A DNA stretch of 64,000 nt, taken from NCBI GenBank assembly GCA_044345935.1, contig JBIJAC010000001.1, positions 1,986 to 65,985 on the forward strand, given 5' to 3'. The notes beneath the pieces are model-generated. The model was given only the letters and a program-made list of their open reading frames with translations. It ran no database searches and had not been told where the DNA came from. The translations under genes and the position numbers were made by a program. This document shows positions 25,994-35,341 of this stretch, piece after piece; within the stretch, counting starts at the first letter, position 1, and every line of letters starts with the position of its first letter. This DNA is from Polynucleobacter sp. GTDB taxonomy: Bacteria; Pseudomonadota; Gammaproteobacteria; Burkholderiales; Burkholderiaceae.

Positions 25994-26164
25994 ATGGAAT
26001 TCAAAACCTATATGTGCCTGATTTGCGGTTGGGTCTATGACGAGGCAGCTGGCTTGCCGGATGAAGGAATTGCGCCTGGAACCCTCTGGAAAGACGTGCC
26101 CATGAACTGGACTTGCCCTGAGTGCGGCGCGCGCAAGGACGATTTTGAAATGATGGCAATTTAA
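25994..26164 (+). CDS. Rubredoxin (56 aa; absent from the ORF track)
   Basis: Hand translation [56 protein letters not shown] with two CxxC motifs. Confidence 0.95.
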   Translation: MEFKTYMCLICGWVYDEAAGLPDEGIAPGTLWKDVPMNWTCPECGARKDDFEMMAI

Positions 26165-26211
26165 GTTCTAAAGCAAAATACACCTTAACAAATAAAACGA
26201 ATGAGAATCAC

Positions 26212-27507
26212 ATGGGCTTAAACGAAACCGTATTCGAGCGTGCACAAAAAACCATCCCGGGCGGCGTGAACTCCCCTGTTCGGGCGTTTCGTCAGGTGGG
26301 CGGAGCCCCGCGCTTTATTAAGAAGGCGCTCGGCCCGCACTTTTGGGATATTGAAGATAAACGCTATGTGGATTTAATCATGTCCTGGGGTCCCATGATC
26401 GCGGGTCATGCCAATCCAGAAGTAGTGGAGGCAGTGCAGCGAGCAGCCACCCTGAGTTTTAGTTATGGCGCCCCCACCGTCGGCGAGATTGAATTGGCCG
26501 AGCGCATTTGCGCCATCATGCCCAGCGTCGAACAAATCCGTATGGTATCGAGCGGGACCGAGGCGACCATGAGCGCCCTGCGTTTAGCGCGTGGCTATAC
26601 CGGGCGTGACTTGATAATTAAGTTTGAGGGCTGCTATCACGGCCATGCGGATAGTCTCTTGGTAAAAGCAGGCTCGGGCTTACTCACCTTTGCTGATTCA
26701 ACTCAAAATGCACCCTCATCGGGCGGTGTTCCACAAGACTTGGTGAAATACACCTTGGTGCTGCCCTACAACGATACTGCGGCGATTGAAGAAACTTTTA
26801 AATTGCATGGCGATCAAATTGCAGCCGTGATCATTGAGCCCATCGCTGGCAATATGAATCTGATTAAAGCCAAACCCGAATTTTTAGCAGCGATAAGGAA
26901 GTTAACGCAGCACCATGGCAGTGTCTTGATTTACGACGAAGTCATGACGGGCTTTCGGGTGGCACTCGGCGGGGCACAAAGCTTGCAAGGCATTACACCC
27001 GACCTGACATGCCTGGGTAAGGTGATGGGTGGCGGTATGCCGATGGCGGCCTTTGGCGGAAAAAAAGAGATCATGCAAAAGTTAGCCCCCATAGGTAATG
27101 TTTACCAAGCGGGCACCTTGTCGGGTAATCCGGTTGCAGTTGCGGCCGGCATGAAGACCCTAGAGATTATTTCCCGGGATGGCTTCTTTGATTGCCTGGG
27201 TGGCCAAACCAGCAAGCTGATGGCGGGGATGAAGCAGGCAGCAGATGCAGCAGGCATTCCATTCTCAACCGATAGCGTGGGCGGGATGTTTGGTTTTTAC
27301 TTCACCGATCAAGTCCCCACCTCATTTGATGCGGTCACCAAGAGCAATATTGATGCGTTCAAGGTGTTCTTTCATGCGATGCTAGATGAAGGCGTCTACT
27401 TGGCTCCATCCGCCTATGAGGCAGGCTTTACCTCGATAGCGCATGACAATACGGTGCTCGATGAGATCATCGCTGCATCGAAAAAAGCCTTTGCCAAACT
27501 GAAATAG
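26212..27507 (+). CDS. hemL: Glutamate-1-semialdehyde 2,1-aminomutase
   Basis: [35 protein letters not shown] and [10 protein letters not shown]. Confidence 0.97.
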   Translation: MGLNETVFERAQKTIPGGVNSPVRAFRQVGGAPRFIKKALGPHFWDIEDKRYVDLIMSWGPMIAGHANPEVVEAVQRAATLSFSYGAPTVGEIELAERICAIMPSVEQIRMVSSGTEATMSALRLARGYTGRDLIIKFEGCYHGHADSLLVKAGSGLLTFADSTQNAPSSGGVPQDLVKYTLVLPYNDTAAIEETFKLHGDQIAAVIIEPIAGNMNLIKAKPEFLAAIRKLTQHHGSVLIYDEVMTGFRVALGGAQSLQGITPDLTCLGKVMGGGMPMAAFGGKKEIMQKLAPIGNVYQAGTLSGNPVAVAAGMKTLEIISRDGFFDCLGGQTSKLMAGMKQAADAAGIPFSTDSVGGMFGFYFTDQVPTSFDAVTKSNIDAFKVFFHAMLDEGVYLAPSAYEAGFTSIAHDNTVLDEIIAASKKAFAKLK

Positions 27508-27527
27508 GATTTGGCAAGACTGCAGGC

Positions 27528-28373
27528 TTACATCCGTAAAGGATGATCGTAGCCAGATACCTGCACGATGCGGTATTTATTTGAACGACCCCTCGTAGCA
27601 GAGTCGGGAACTTCAACTGCGGTGAGTTTGCCACCCCAGACGCAGCCCGTATCCAGTCCGCTGACATTGCGTTTCTGAATCAATCCGAGGGTTGACCAGT
27701 GCCCAAAAATCACGTGGGTGTTTGCGGTCTTGCGCTGCTTTACTTCAAACCAGGGTAGATAGCCTTTCGGGCCTGCTTCTAATCCCTCTTTGCTCTCAAA
27801 TTCCATTTGGCCTTTGGGGGTGCAAAATCGCAGGCGGGTTAGGGCGTTGGTGATGACGCGCAAGCGATCGTTACCTTTTAAGGAGTTACTCCATTTAGTC
27901 GGCGTATTGCCATACATCTCCGCCAAAAAACGTTTGTACGATGATTTACGCAGCGCCTTCTCCACTTCGTGGGCGTACTCGAGGGTTTGGCTTACATCCC
28001 AATCGGGCAGTACGCCCGCATGTACCAGTAAAGCGTGTCCATTACTCAGCGCCATCGGGCGATGGCGCAGCCAATCAATCAATTCTGCACGGTCTTTGGC
28101 TTTTAAGACGCTATCTAAGGTATCTAAGGGACGTGATCCCCGCAGGCCAGCATCGCGTGCCAGTAGATTGAGGTCATGGTTGCCCAGGATGCATTCCGCA
28201 GTGCCTTGCTCTTGCAGTTTTTTGAGGCGACGCAGTGTCCCTAAAGAATTTGGACCGCGATTGACGAGGTCGCCTAAGCAAATAAGCTTCGATTTCTTGG
28301 GTAATTTAGCAATCAGTGCATCGAGCTGCACTAAGCAGCCCTGCACATCGCCGATAGCGTAAACGGATGACAT
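27528..28373 (-). CDS. apaH: Symmetrical bis(5'-nucleosyl)-tetraphosphatase
   Basis: IGDVQGC, GDLVNRGP, LGNHD, FGHWSTLG and LDTGCVWG. Confidence 0.93.
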   Translation of the reverse strand: MSSVYAIGDVQGCLVQLDALIAKLPKKSKLICLGDLVNRGPNSLGTLRRLKKLQEQGTAECILGNHDLNLLARDAGLRGSRPLDTLDSVLKAKDRAELIDWLRHRPMALSNGHALLVHAGVLPDWDVSQTLEYAHEVEKALRKSSYKRFLAEMYGNTPTKWSNSLKGNDRLRVITNALTRLRFCTPKGQMEFESKEGLEAGPKGYLPWFEVKQRKTANTHVIFGHWSTLGLIQKRNVSGLDTGCVWGGKLTAVEVPDSATRGRSNKYRIVQVSGYDHPLRM

Positions 28374-28417
28374 GAGCAAAGTGTAGTGGATAAACGTGAA
28401 ATCGTTTAGCCAATAAG

Positions 28418-29929
28418 TCAGTCAGGAGTGCTTACCTTTTTCACTACGCTGTACCGAATCAAGGTTTCTTTTCTAGCCTCGTCGTGATTCACGATGGGTA
28501 GCGGGTAATCGCGGCCGAGCAAAATACCAGCGGCTTCTAATTCAATATGGCCGGCCTCCCAAGGCGCATGAATCGATTTGTCCGATAGCTTCTCTAAGGC
28601 TGGGATATAGCGACGAATGAACTTACCCTGCGGATCAAAGCGCTGTGATTGGGTGGTGGGGTTAAAGATGCGAAAGTAGGGCTGGGCGTCGCAGCCAGAA
28701 GAAGAAGCCCACTGCCAGCCACCATTATTTGAGGAGAGCTCAAAATCATTGAGGTGCTTCGCAAAGTAGGCTTCGCCCAGTCGCCAATCGATACCCAGGT
28801 CTTTGGTTAAGAAGCTAGCCACAATCATGCGCAGGCGATTGTGCATATAGCCGCTTTGATTGAGCTGGTGCATGGCAGCGTCAACCAAGGGGTAGCCGGT
28901 CTTACCATCACACCAGGCCGCAAAGCGTTTCTTGGCAATGGCGCCACTCTCCCAAACGATGTCATCGTAATCGGGTTTAAATGCGGCGCCGCTAGCAAGG
29001 CGAGGGTGATTTGCCAAAATCATGAAATAAAAGTCACGCCAAATGAGTTCGCTGAGCCAGATGGTGGCACCCATACTGCCAGCCAGCATCCGCCGATGTG
29101 CTTCGCGTACCAAACCCCGAATCGAGAGCATTCCAAAGCGTAGGTGGGTGGATAAATAGCTCACGCCCTTGATGGCCGGAAAATCCCGTCCAATTTGGTA
29201 TTGATCGATGCGCTTCAAAAAATCTTCTAAAAAGGATTGGCCACCATCAGACCCGGGTGGCAAATAGCTTTCAATACCGGTTGCACAAAAGCCCATCGAC
29301 TCGAGGGACGGAATGCCTAAATTCAGTTTTTTTGGAATGGCGGCAAATTGCCCTGGCTTTGCCTTGCATGCATGCGGCGCAAGATCACCCTCATTGAGGC
29401 GCTTAAGCCAGGCATTTTTAAAGGGTGTAAAGACCGAGAAGACGGTGCTGGAGTTGGTGAGGACTTCCTTCTTTTCAAAGATCACTTGGTCTTTGAATGT
29501 CTCAAAGGCAATGCCTTGCTTTTCAAGAGAGGATGCAATCACAGCGTCGCGGTTAATTGCGCTGGGTTCGTAGTCATGGTTGACCATGACGCACGAGACC
29601 CCAAGTTCAGTCGCGATTTTGGGGATGCATTCGGTCGGCTTGCCATAGCGAACGATGAGACCGCCCCCTTGCTTGCGAAGGGCAGCATCGATTTGGGCAA
29701 TGCCCTGCCAAATAAAGTCCACTCGGCGATCTGCTGTGAGGACAGAGCTTTTACTGTCCCTTAGAGGGTCTAAGATAGTCGTATCAAATACAAACACGAC
29801 CCAAACCGATTTGCTGGATGCAAGCGCATGGCTTAGCGCAGCATGGTCATAAAGGCGTAAATCGCGACGGAGCCAAACCAGGCTTGCCGCATGGGAATGG
29901 GTGGGGGAAGGGGTATTCGATAGGGCCAT
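28418..29929 (-). CDS. phrB: Deoxyribodipyrimidine photolyase (class I CPD photolyase family)
   Basis: WLRRDLRLYDH, GKTGYPLVDAAM, MHNRLRM, NNGGWQW and PYFRIFNP. Confidence 0.92.
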   Translation of the reverse strand: MALSNTPSPTHSHAASLVWLRRDLRLYDHAALSHALASSKSVWVVFVFDTTILDPLRDSKSSVLTADRRVDFIWQGIAQIDAALRKQGGGLIVRYGKPTECIPKIATELGVSCVMVNHDYEPSAINRDAVIASSLEKQGIAFETFKDQVIFEKKEVLTNSSTVFSVFTPFKNAWLKRLNEGDLAPHACKAKPGQFAAIPKKLNLGIPSLESMGFCATGIESYLPPGSDGGQSFLEDFLKRIDQYQIGRDFPAIKGVSYLSTHLRFGMLSIRGLVREAHRRMLAGSMGATIWLSELIWRDFYFMILANHPRLASGAAFKPDYDDIVWESGAIAKKRFAAWCDGKTGYPLVDAAMHQLNQSGYMHNRLRMIVASFLTKDLGIDWRLGEAYFAKHLNDFELSSNNGGWQWASSSGCDAQPYFRIFNPTTQSQRFDPQGKFIRRYIPALEKLSDKSIHAPWEAGHIELEAAGILLGRDYPLPIVNHDEARKETLIRYSVVKKVSTPD

Positions 29930-29968
29930 AGCCGCTATCTTAGGGCTTAATCCGAATTGGGGTGAAAC

Positions 29969-30295
29969 TCAAGCAAAGTAGCGGTCCACAATGCCCAAAA
30001 TAGCTACTCCTGAAATCAAAATACCACCCAGCTTGTAAACCAGTTTGTGTTCAATCACACTCAACTGCGTATGAATGCATTGAATATCAATCCGAAGGGC
30101 ATTGATTTCATGCTTCACTTCCTGCATTTGGGTTTGCGTTGCATAGTGTTCGTGGTGATCATTCTCGTAAATGCTATCCAGGATCGCTTTTGCCTGAGGC
30201 TCAGTAAATCCACTGGACTGTAGGTTTTTGATTGCGGCGCTACTCGACGGGTCGGCAGTCAAGCTGCCTGTTATATGCCACCCGTGGTTTCGCAT
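29969..30295 (-). CDS. Small coiled-coil protein with C-terminal TM helix (DUF1640/CCDC90-like)
   Basis: LQSSGFTEPQAKAI, then AT..., a heptad coiled coil and a hydrophobic tail KLGGILISGVAIL. Confidence 0.6.
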   Translation of the reverse strand: MRNHGWHITGSLTADPSSSAAIKNLQSSGFTEPQAKAILDSIYENDHHEHYATQTQMQEVKHEINALRIDIQCIHTQLSVIEHKLVYKLGGILISGVAILGIVDRYFA

Positions 30296-30462
30296 TTTTT
30301 ATTGAATGATTGGTTTTGATAAAAGTTGGAGCTTCTTGCTTTGATGCCAATTTTAAATTAGCTTACTAAAGAGCCGAAATAATAGTTTGTAGGACAGCAG
30401 GGGGATTTTCGTTGATATGGCGGTATAGTCATCAGGATTAATTAAAAAAATACGGCAACAAT

Positions 30463-31284
30463 ATGGATAGCATTTTTTTCGTTTTCTCTAAAGTAATTCA
30501 CATCCTGATTGAGCCCCTTAATTGGCTCCTGATTCTGATTGCTTTTGCGCTGCTATTTTTACTGCTGCGCAAGAATCACCTGGTACGGCGTGCATTAGGC
30601 ATTGCACTCTTTTTAGGATTTTTCATTGGCTATATGCCCACTTCGCAGTTTGCGATGCGTATCTTGGAGGATGTAGTGCCACAGACTGTGCTGACGCCAG
30701 ATTTACTGGGTCAAGTAGGCGGCGTTCTGATTTTAGGTGGTGCGATTGAGGGAGGCCTCATCGCACGTGACCGCGATGAGGTATCGATTTATTCCTCTGC
30801 TGAGCGAGTAACAAAAGCATTTCAGCTGCTACGCCAACAGCCTGAGCTGCCGTTTATCTTTCGCGGCTACTCGGGGCGCTTACTACCGCAGGGTCTCTCT
30901 GAAGCCGATGCGTTTAAGCAGTTGCTGCAAGAGCAGGGTCTAGGCAATCACCCCGGTTATTACGAGAACCAATCGCGCAATACCTATGAGAATATGGTCT
31001 ATTCCAAAAAAATCATCGATGGCATTGCAGAAAAAGAAGGCGCTCCAGTCAAGCCTTGGCTCTTAATCACGTCGGCGCGGCACATGCTGCGCTCGATGCA
31101 AGTGGCACATAAACAAGGCCTTGATGCACTCCCTGTTTTGGTGGATTACCAAACCAGTAATTCCTACTCTTGGCATCGCTTTGATTTAGTGGAAGGCGGT
31201 GAGCAGTGGAAGTGGCTGATTCATGAGCTGGTGGGCATTGCTGCTTATTGGATTACCGGCAAAGGAGCATTTTCGGTAAAATGA
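30463..31284 (+). CDS. YdcF/ElyC (DUF218) family membrane protein
   Basis: N-terminal TM helices, VLILGG, ENQSRNTYEN, LITSARHMLRS and IHELVG. Confidence 0.88.
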   Translation: MDSIFFVFSKVIHILIEPLNWLLILIAFALLFLLLRKNHLVRRALGIALFLGFFIGYMPTSQFAMRILEDVVPQTVLTPDLLGQVGGVLILGGAIEGGLIARDRDEVSIYSSAERVTKAFQLLRQQPELPFIFRGYSGRLLPQGLSEADAFKQLLQEQGLGNHPGYYENQSRNTYENMVYSKKIIDGIAEKEGAPVKPWLLITSARHMLRSMQVAHKQGLDALPVLVDYQTSNSYSWHRFDLVEGGEQWKWLIHELVGIAAYWITGKGAFSVK

Positions 31285-31290
31285 CCTTAC

Positions 31291-32019
31291 ATGAGTACCC
31301 CCAAGAAAACCTCCAATAGCAAGCGCCCAAATGATGCCGAAGGTCCGGGCTCGGCCTCGGCTTATCCAGAATCGATTTCACAGCCAAGCGCACAACTGGC
31401 CAATCAATTTTTACTGGCAATGCCTGGCATGCTGGATGAGCAGTTTGCGGGCTCCGTAGTCTATCTCTTTGAGCACAATGCCAAAGGTGCAATGGGCCTT
31501 GTTGTAAATCGGCCAACCGATGTCAATTTGTCCACCTTGCTCGATAAAATCGAACTCAAGCTAGAGATCACCCCATTTGCCGATCAAGCCGTCTATTTTG
31601 GTGGCCCAGTCCAAACCGAGCGCGGATTTGTTTTGCATGAACCGCCTAACCTTAGTGCTACAGAAGCTAGGGTTAGTGTTGATCCCTCTGCCAATCCAGC
31701 CGCATCGGCTACAGCAAGTTACAGCTCATCTTTAACCGTGCCGGGCGGCCTGACGATGACTACATCGAAAGATGTATTGGAAGCGGTTGCCAAAGGCAAT
31801 GGCCCAAAACGCTTCATCATGACCTTGGGTTATGCCGGTTGGGGCGCAGGCCAGCTCGAAGAAGAGATCGCCCTCAATGGCTGGATTAATGCCGAACTCA
31901 GCCGTGCGCAGATGGCCGAGATCATCTTCAATACACCTGCAGAGCAGCGCTACCAGCGGGCCATGAAAGCCCTGGGCTTTGATCCCGCCGATCTATCGGG
32001 GCAAGTGGGGCATGCGTAA
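31291..32019 (+). CDS. yqgE: YqgE/AlgH family protein
   Basis: FLLAMPGM, GAMGLVVNRP, FGGPV and LGYAGWGAGQLEEE. Confidence 0.92.
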   Translation: MSTPKKTSNSKRPNDAEGPGSASAYPESISQPSAQLANQFLLAMPGMLDEQFAGSVVYLFEHNAKGAMGLVVNRPTDVNLSTLLDKIELKLEITPFADQAVYFGGPVQTERGFVLHEPPNLSATEARVSVDPSANPAASATASYSSSLTVPGGLTMTTSKDVLEAVAKGNGPKRFIMTLGYAGWGAGQLEEEIALNGWINAELSRAQMAEIIFNTPAEQRYQRAMKALGFDPADLSGQVGHA

Positions 32020-32075
32020 CGCAGCCAGTAGTCTGACTATGATCCAGTCCGAATCAATGCAAGGCTAATTGGATC

Positions 32076-32510
32076 ATGGAGACAAAGGCCATTACCGCCC
32101 TCGCATTTGACTTTGGCACCCGCCGCATTGGTTTGGCGGTGGGTAATACGATTACAGGCTCGAGTCAGGCATTGGCTCCCATTACTGCCGACCAGGATGC
32201 TGCCCGCTTTACCCTGATCGCTGCTCAAATAAAAGAATGGGCGCCCGATCAACTGGTGGTGGGCTTGCCCTGCCATCCCGATGGCGCAGAACATGCCATG
32301 ACGGCAAAAGCACGGCGCTTTGGTAACCAGCTGCAGGGGCGTTTTGGCTTACCCGTAGCTTGGGTAGATGAGCGCTACACCTCAGCTGTTCTAGAAAACG
32401 ATCCCAGTTTTAAGAAAAGCCAAGCGAGCAAGAAAGATGGTGGCCTTGACTCCGAGTCAGCCAGATTGATTTTGGAGCAATATTTTTTGGAGCGTTTGAT
32501 TGGGAAATGA
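32076..32510 (+). CDS. ruvX: YqgF/RuvX (pre-16S rRNA nuclease, Holliday-junction resolvase-like)
   Basis: LAFDFGTRRIGLAVG, VVGLP, VDERYTS and DSESARLIL. Confidence 0.93.
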   Translation: METKAITALAFDFGTRRIGLAVGNTITGSSQALAPITADQDAARFTLIAAQIKEWAPDQLVVGLPCHPDGAEHAMTAKARRFGNQLQGRFGLPVAWVDERYTSAVLENDPSFKKSQASKKDGGLDSESARLILEQYFLERLIGK

Positions 32511-32540
32511 GAGATAGTGTCTGCGTAACTACAGAGATTC

Positions 32541-32603
32541 TTACCTGTAGATTTCTTTTCGACTTCCCGCTTTAATGACCAAGACAGTCATTTGCTCGTC
32601 TAA
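32541..32603 (-). pseudogene. C-terminal remnant of a RelE-family toxin
   Basis: Minus-strand translation LDEQMTVLVIKAGSRKEIYR* abuts the antitoxin stop and resembles the RelE C-terminus (..D..VLV..IGHRxEVYR*). Confidence 0.7.
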
Positions 32604-32831
32604 TTAATGATCCAGGCCAAGAGCTTTCCTTACCTGGATAGAGTTCAGTAGCTTTTCAGTGCCTTTGCGAACGCGCTCTATGGTTACATCGGCTAGATAA
32701 TGGTCTTCAAGATCATCAAGTCCACTCTGAATTAATCCGTACAGGAGGTCGGACTTCGTTCTGCCCGTCAAAGCGACAAGCTTATTTAGTCTTTGCTGAA
32801 TCTCAGGATCCAGTTGAATAGAAATGGCCAT
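32604..32831 (-). CDS. CopG/RHH (RelB-like) antitoxin
   Basis: MAISIQLDPEIQQRLNKLVALTGRTKS RHH N-terminus; LEDHYLA...ERVRKG...VRKALGL tail typical of RelE-paired antitoxins. Confidence 0.8.
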   Translation of the reverse strand: MAISIQLDPEIQQRLNKLVALTGRTKSDLLYGLIQSGLDDLEDHYLADVTIERVRKGTEKLLNSIQVRKALGLDH

Positions 32832-32846
32832 GACATCGCCCTTTGT

Positions 32847-33227
32847 TTATGCAGCCTTGTACGTCTTTTCTTTCTTTGAATGAGGCTTTTCATCCTTCAG
32901 CTTGGATCTCGCAGCACTTTGCTTTTGTAAAGCCTCAAGCGCTACCATTTTTAGCTCGCCATCGACAAATCGCTTTAGTGCTTCGCGAATGAGCGGCTGA
33001 TAACCCATATGGTATTTACTGCCCAAGAGCTTAAACATATCGATGAGCTCCTTATCTAGGCGAATGGAGATCATTTGCAAGCCAAGGGCATCATCAATTT
33101 CAGACGCTAACTTGCTCGGGGCTACCTTGGCATATTCATGACTTTGCCCAAGTTCACCGCTTTCCCATTCTTCGGGAGTGTCAGCAATTTCGATTGCACG
33201 TTGTTTGGGACTCATTGAATTCCTCAT
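32847..33227 (-). CDS. BrnA/CopG-like antitoxin with C-terminal RHH domain
   Basis: Acidic N-terminus (TPEEWESG) and MISIRLDKELIDMFK...GYQPLIREAL, the BrnA-type RHH motif. Confidence 0.75.
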   Translation of the reverse strand: MRNSMSPKQRAIEIADTPEEWESGELGQSHEYAKVAPSKLASEIDDALGLQMISIRLDKELIDMFKLLGSKYHMGYQPLIREALKRFVDGELKMVALEALQKQSAARSKLKDEKPHSKKEKTYKAA

Positions 33228-33254
33228 TTATGAAGTAAATATAGTATTCGGTAA

Positions 33255-33542
33255 TTATAGCGATTTATTGTATATACTTAATTCTACTGTATTTGGCGGA
33301 TAAATTGTTTTTAAAAAAACCTGACCATCTTTAAAAACACACACTACCTTTAATACAAGGGACTGGTGATTTTCCGATATAAACCAATAGGTTGGTGGAT
33401 CCGTTCTATTCTTTAATCTTGTATCTTGAAGGTATTTTCCCGAAGTGTGATTGAAAAAGCACTCTTCCACATCCACACGCTTGAGTTGATGTTTTTCCCA
33501 AATATGCGCCAAGACGGACTGGCTTGTGATGAGATTATTCAT
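33255..33542 (-). CDS. BrnT/DUF4258-like putative ribonuclease toxin
   Basis: 95 aa; HIWEKHQL...VEECF, beta-rich core, KTIYPP; lies upstream of the RHH antitoxin (toxin-first order). Confidence 0.65.
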   Translation of the reverse strand: MNNLITSQSVLAHIWEKHQLKRVDVEECFFNHTSGKYLQDTRLKNRTDPPTYWFISENHQSLVLKVVCVFKDGQVFLKTIYPPNTVELSIYNKSL

Positions 33543-33560
33543 GTTTTGTAGCCCGCAAAA

Positions 33561-33600
33561 TGTATATACAAATTATACAATTTCAATGCCAACTAGGCAA
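33561..33600 (-). promoter_or_regulatory. Sigma70 promoter and palindromic operator of the TA operon
   Basis: Minus strand TTGCCT-N17-TATAAT, then the perfect palindrome TGTATATACA (33561-33570) over the expected start site. Confidence 0.75.
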
Positions 33601-33824
33601 TTCATTTCTCCCCACAAACGACTGTCGCCAAATAACTACCGACCTCAGAAGGGGGCTTTTGGCTATTTCACTAAAAAAACTGCTGTGCATGTCTCCGGCA
33701 CAATAAAATAAGCATCAATGCGCCTGTATGCAGCAGCTGAAATGCAGCAGAGAGAGATGTAAACCTTTAAGAAGTTGCAAGCCAGCGCAACAGCGCACGA
33801 GATAAACCCTTTCAGGACAATAGG

Positions 33825-34349
33825 ATGGACGCCGAGTTACTGTACAAAAAGCTACTAGCCCATCTGCAGGCCCGAACATCCAAAGCGAATTCACCATTTC
33901 TGCTCGCCGGTTTAGCAATTGGAGGCGCTTGGATTGCGGAGCGCTTGGCACGCGATTTAGGCCTCCCAAACTACGGCGTAATCAATGTCGCCTTTCATCG
34001 GGATGACTATGCTGAAAAGGGTCTTGCTGCGATGCGCTCAGCAGATGGCATGGCGACCCACTTACCGTTTGAAGTAGCGGGCGCGCACATCGTATTGATT
34101 GATGATGTCTTGCTCACCGGCAGAACCGTGCGCGCCGCCCTAAATGAACTATTTGATTTTGGTCGCCCAGCCAGTGTGGAGTTGATGGTGCTCGCCGATC
34201 GCGGTAAGCGCGAGCTGCCTATCGCCGCTGACTTTGTAGGTGAGCATGTGAGCGTGCCAGATCACCAGATACTCGCATTGGAAAAGCACAGTTCAGATGC
34301 AAAAAGCGACCAATACACATTCCGCTTTGTTCTGGAGGAACGAGCATGA
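33825..34349 (+). CDS. pyrR: PyrR bifunctional regulator / uracil phosphoribosyltransferase
   Basis: [22 protein letters not shown] and DRGKRELPI. Confidence 0.93.
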   Translation: MDAELLYKKLLAHLQARTSKANSPFLLAGLAIGGAWIAERLARDLGLPNYGVINVAFHRDDYAEKGLAAMRSADGMATHLPFEVAGAHIVLIDDVLLTGRTVRAALNELFDFGRPASVELMVLADRGKRELPIAADFVGEHVSVPDHQILALEKHSSDAKSDQYTFRFVLEERA

Positions 34350-35323
34350 GTACTCAGATCAAGCAAGCCATGCAGACTAATCAAATTAATGAGGCAGGTG
34401 AGCTCACCCATTTACTGACCTTAGAGGGCATGCCCAAAGAGCAGATCCTGCATATTCTGGATACAGCTCAGCAGTTTGTTAGCGTGACCGACCCAGCGCG
34501 TGAAGTAAAAAAAGTGCCACTGCTACGCGGCAAAAGTGTATTCAACCTCTTTTTTGAAAACTCCACCCGCACCCGCACGACCTTTGAGATTGCTGCTAAG
34601 CGCTTATCGGCCGACGTCATCAATTTGGATATTTCTACGTCGTCCACCACCAAAGGTGAGAGCCTGATTGATACGATTGATAACTTGATTGCGATGCAGG
34701 CCGATATCTTTGTGGTGCGCCACAGCGTCTCGCGCGCGCCGATTGAGATTGCCAATCACGTACCACCGTATGTGCATGTGATTAATGCTGGAGATGGCAG
34801 TCATCAGCATCCGACGCAGGGTTTGCTCGATATGTACACCATGCGCCACTTTAAGCAGGACTTTCGTAAGCTCAAGGTGGCGATCGTAGGCGATATCGTC
34901 CATAGCCGAGTCGCCAAGTCCAACATTCATGCGCTGACGGCATTGGGTTGTACTGATATCCGCGCCATCGGCCCAGAGAGTTTGTTGCCCAATGATTTGG
35001 ATATGCTGGGCGTGAAGGTCTTTCACAGCATGGAAGAGGGTTTACGTGGCGTAGACGTGGTGATGACCCTGCGCATTCAGAAAGAGCGTATGGAAGTCGG
35101 CAAGGTGCCTGAAGGAGATGCCTTCTTTAAGCAGTTTGGTTTAACCCAAGAGCGCCTGGCATTAGCCAAGCCAGATGCCATCGTGATGCACCCTGGCCCG
35201 ATGAACCGCGGTGTTGAGATTGACTCCAAAGTGGCGGATGGCGCGCAATCCGTCATTCTCAAACAGGTGACCTTTGGCATTGCGGTGCGCATGGCAGTGA
35301 TGTCGATTGTGGCGGGTAATTAA
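34346..35323 (+). CDS. pyrB: Aspartate carbamoyltransferase catalytic subunit
   Basis: [20 protein letters not shown] and [12 protein letters not shown]. Confidence 0.97.
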   Translation: MSTQIKQAMQTNQINEAGELTHLLTLEGMPKEQILHILDTAQQFVSVTDPAREVKKVPLLRGKSVFNLFFENSTRTRTTFEIAAKRLSADVINLDISTSSTTKGESLIDTIDNLIAMQADIFVVRHSVSRAPIEIANHVPPYVHVINAGDGSHQHPTQGLLDMYTMRHFKQDFRKLKVAIVGDIVHSRVAKSNIHALTALGCTDIRAIGPESLLPNDLDMLGVKVFHSMEEGLRGVDVVMTLRIQKERMEVGKVPEGDAFFKQFGLTQERLALAKPDAIVMHPGPMNRGVEIDSKVADGAQSVILKQVTFGIAVRMAVMSIVAGN

Positions 35324-35341
35324 GAACACAAAATCAAAACA

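Noticed and set aside
33760-33824. Possible PyrR-binding attenuator (cctttaa) upstream of pyrR
   Set aside because: The conserved AGUCCnGnGAGG loop and a terminator are absent
33526-33969. ORFs 33526-33711 (+) and 33715-33969 (-)
   Set aside because: They overlap the TA promoter or pyrR and have no motifs; likely spurious
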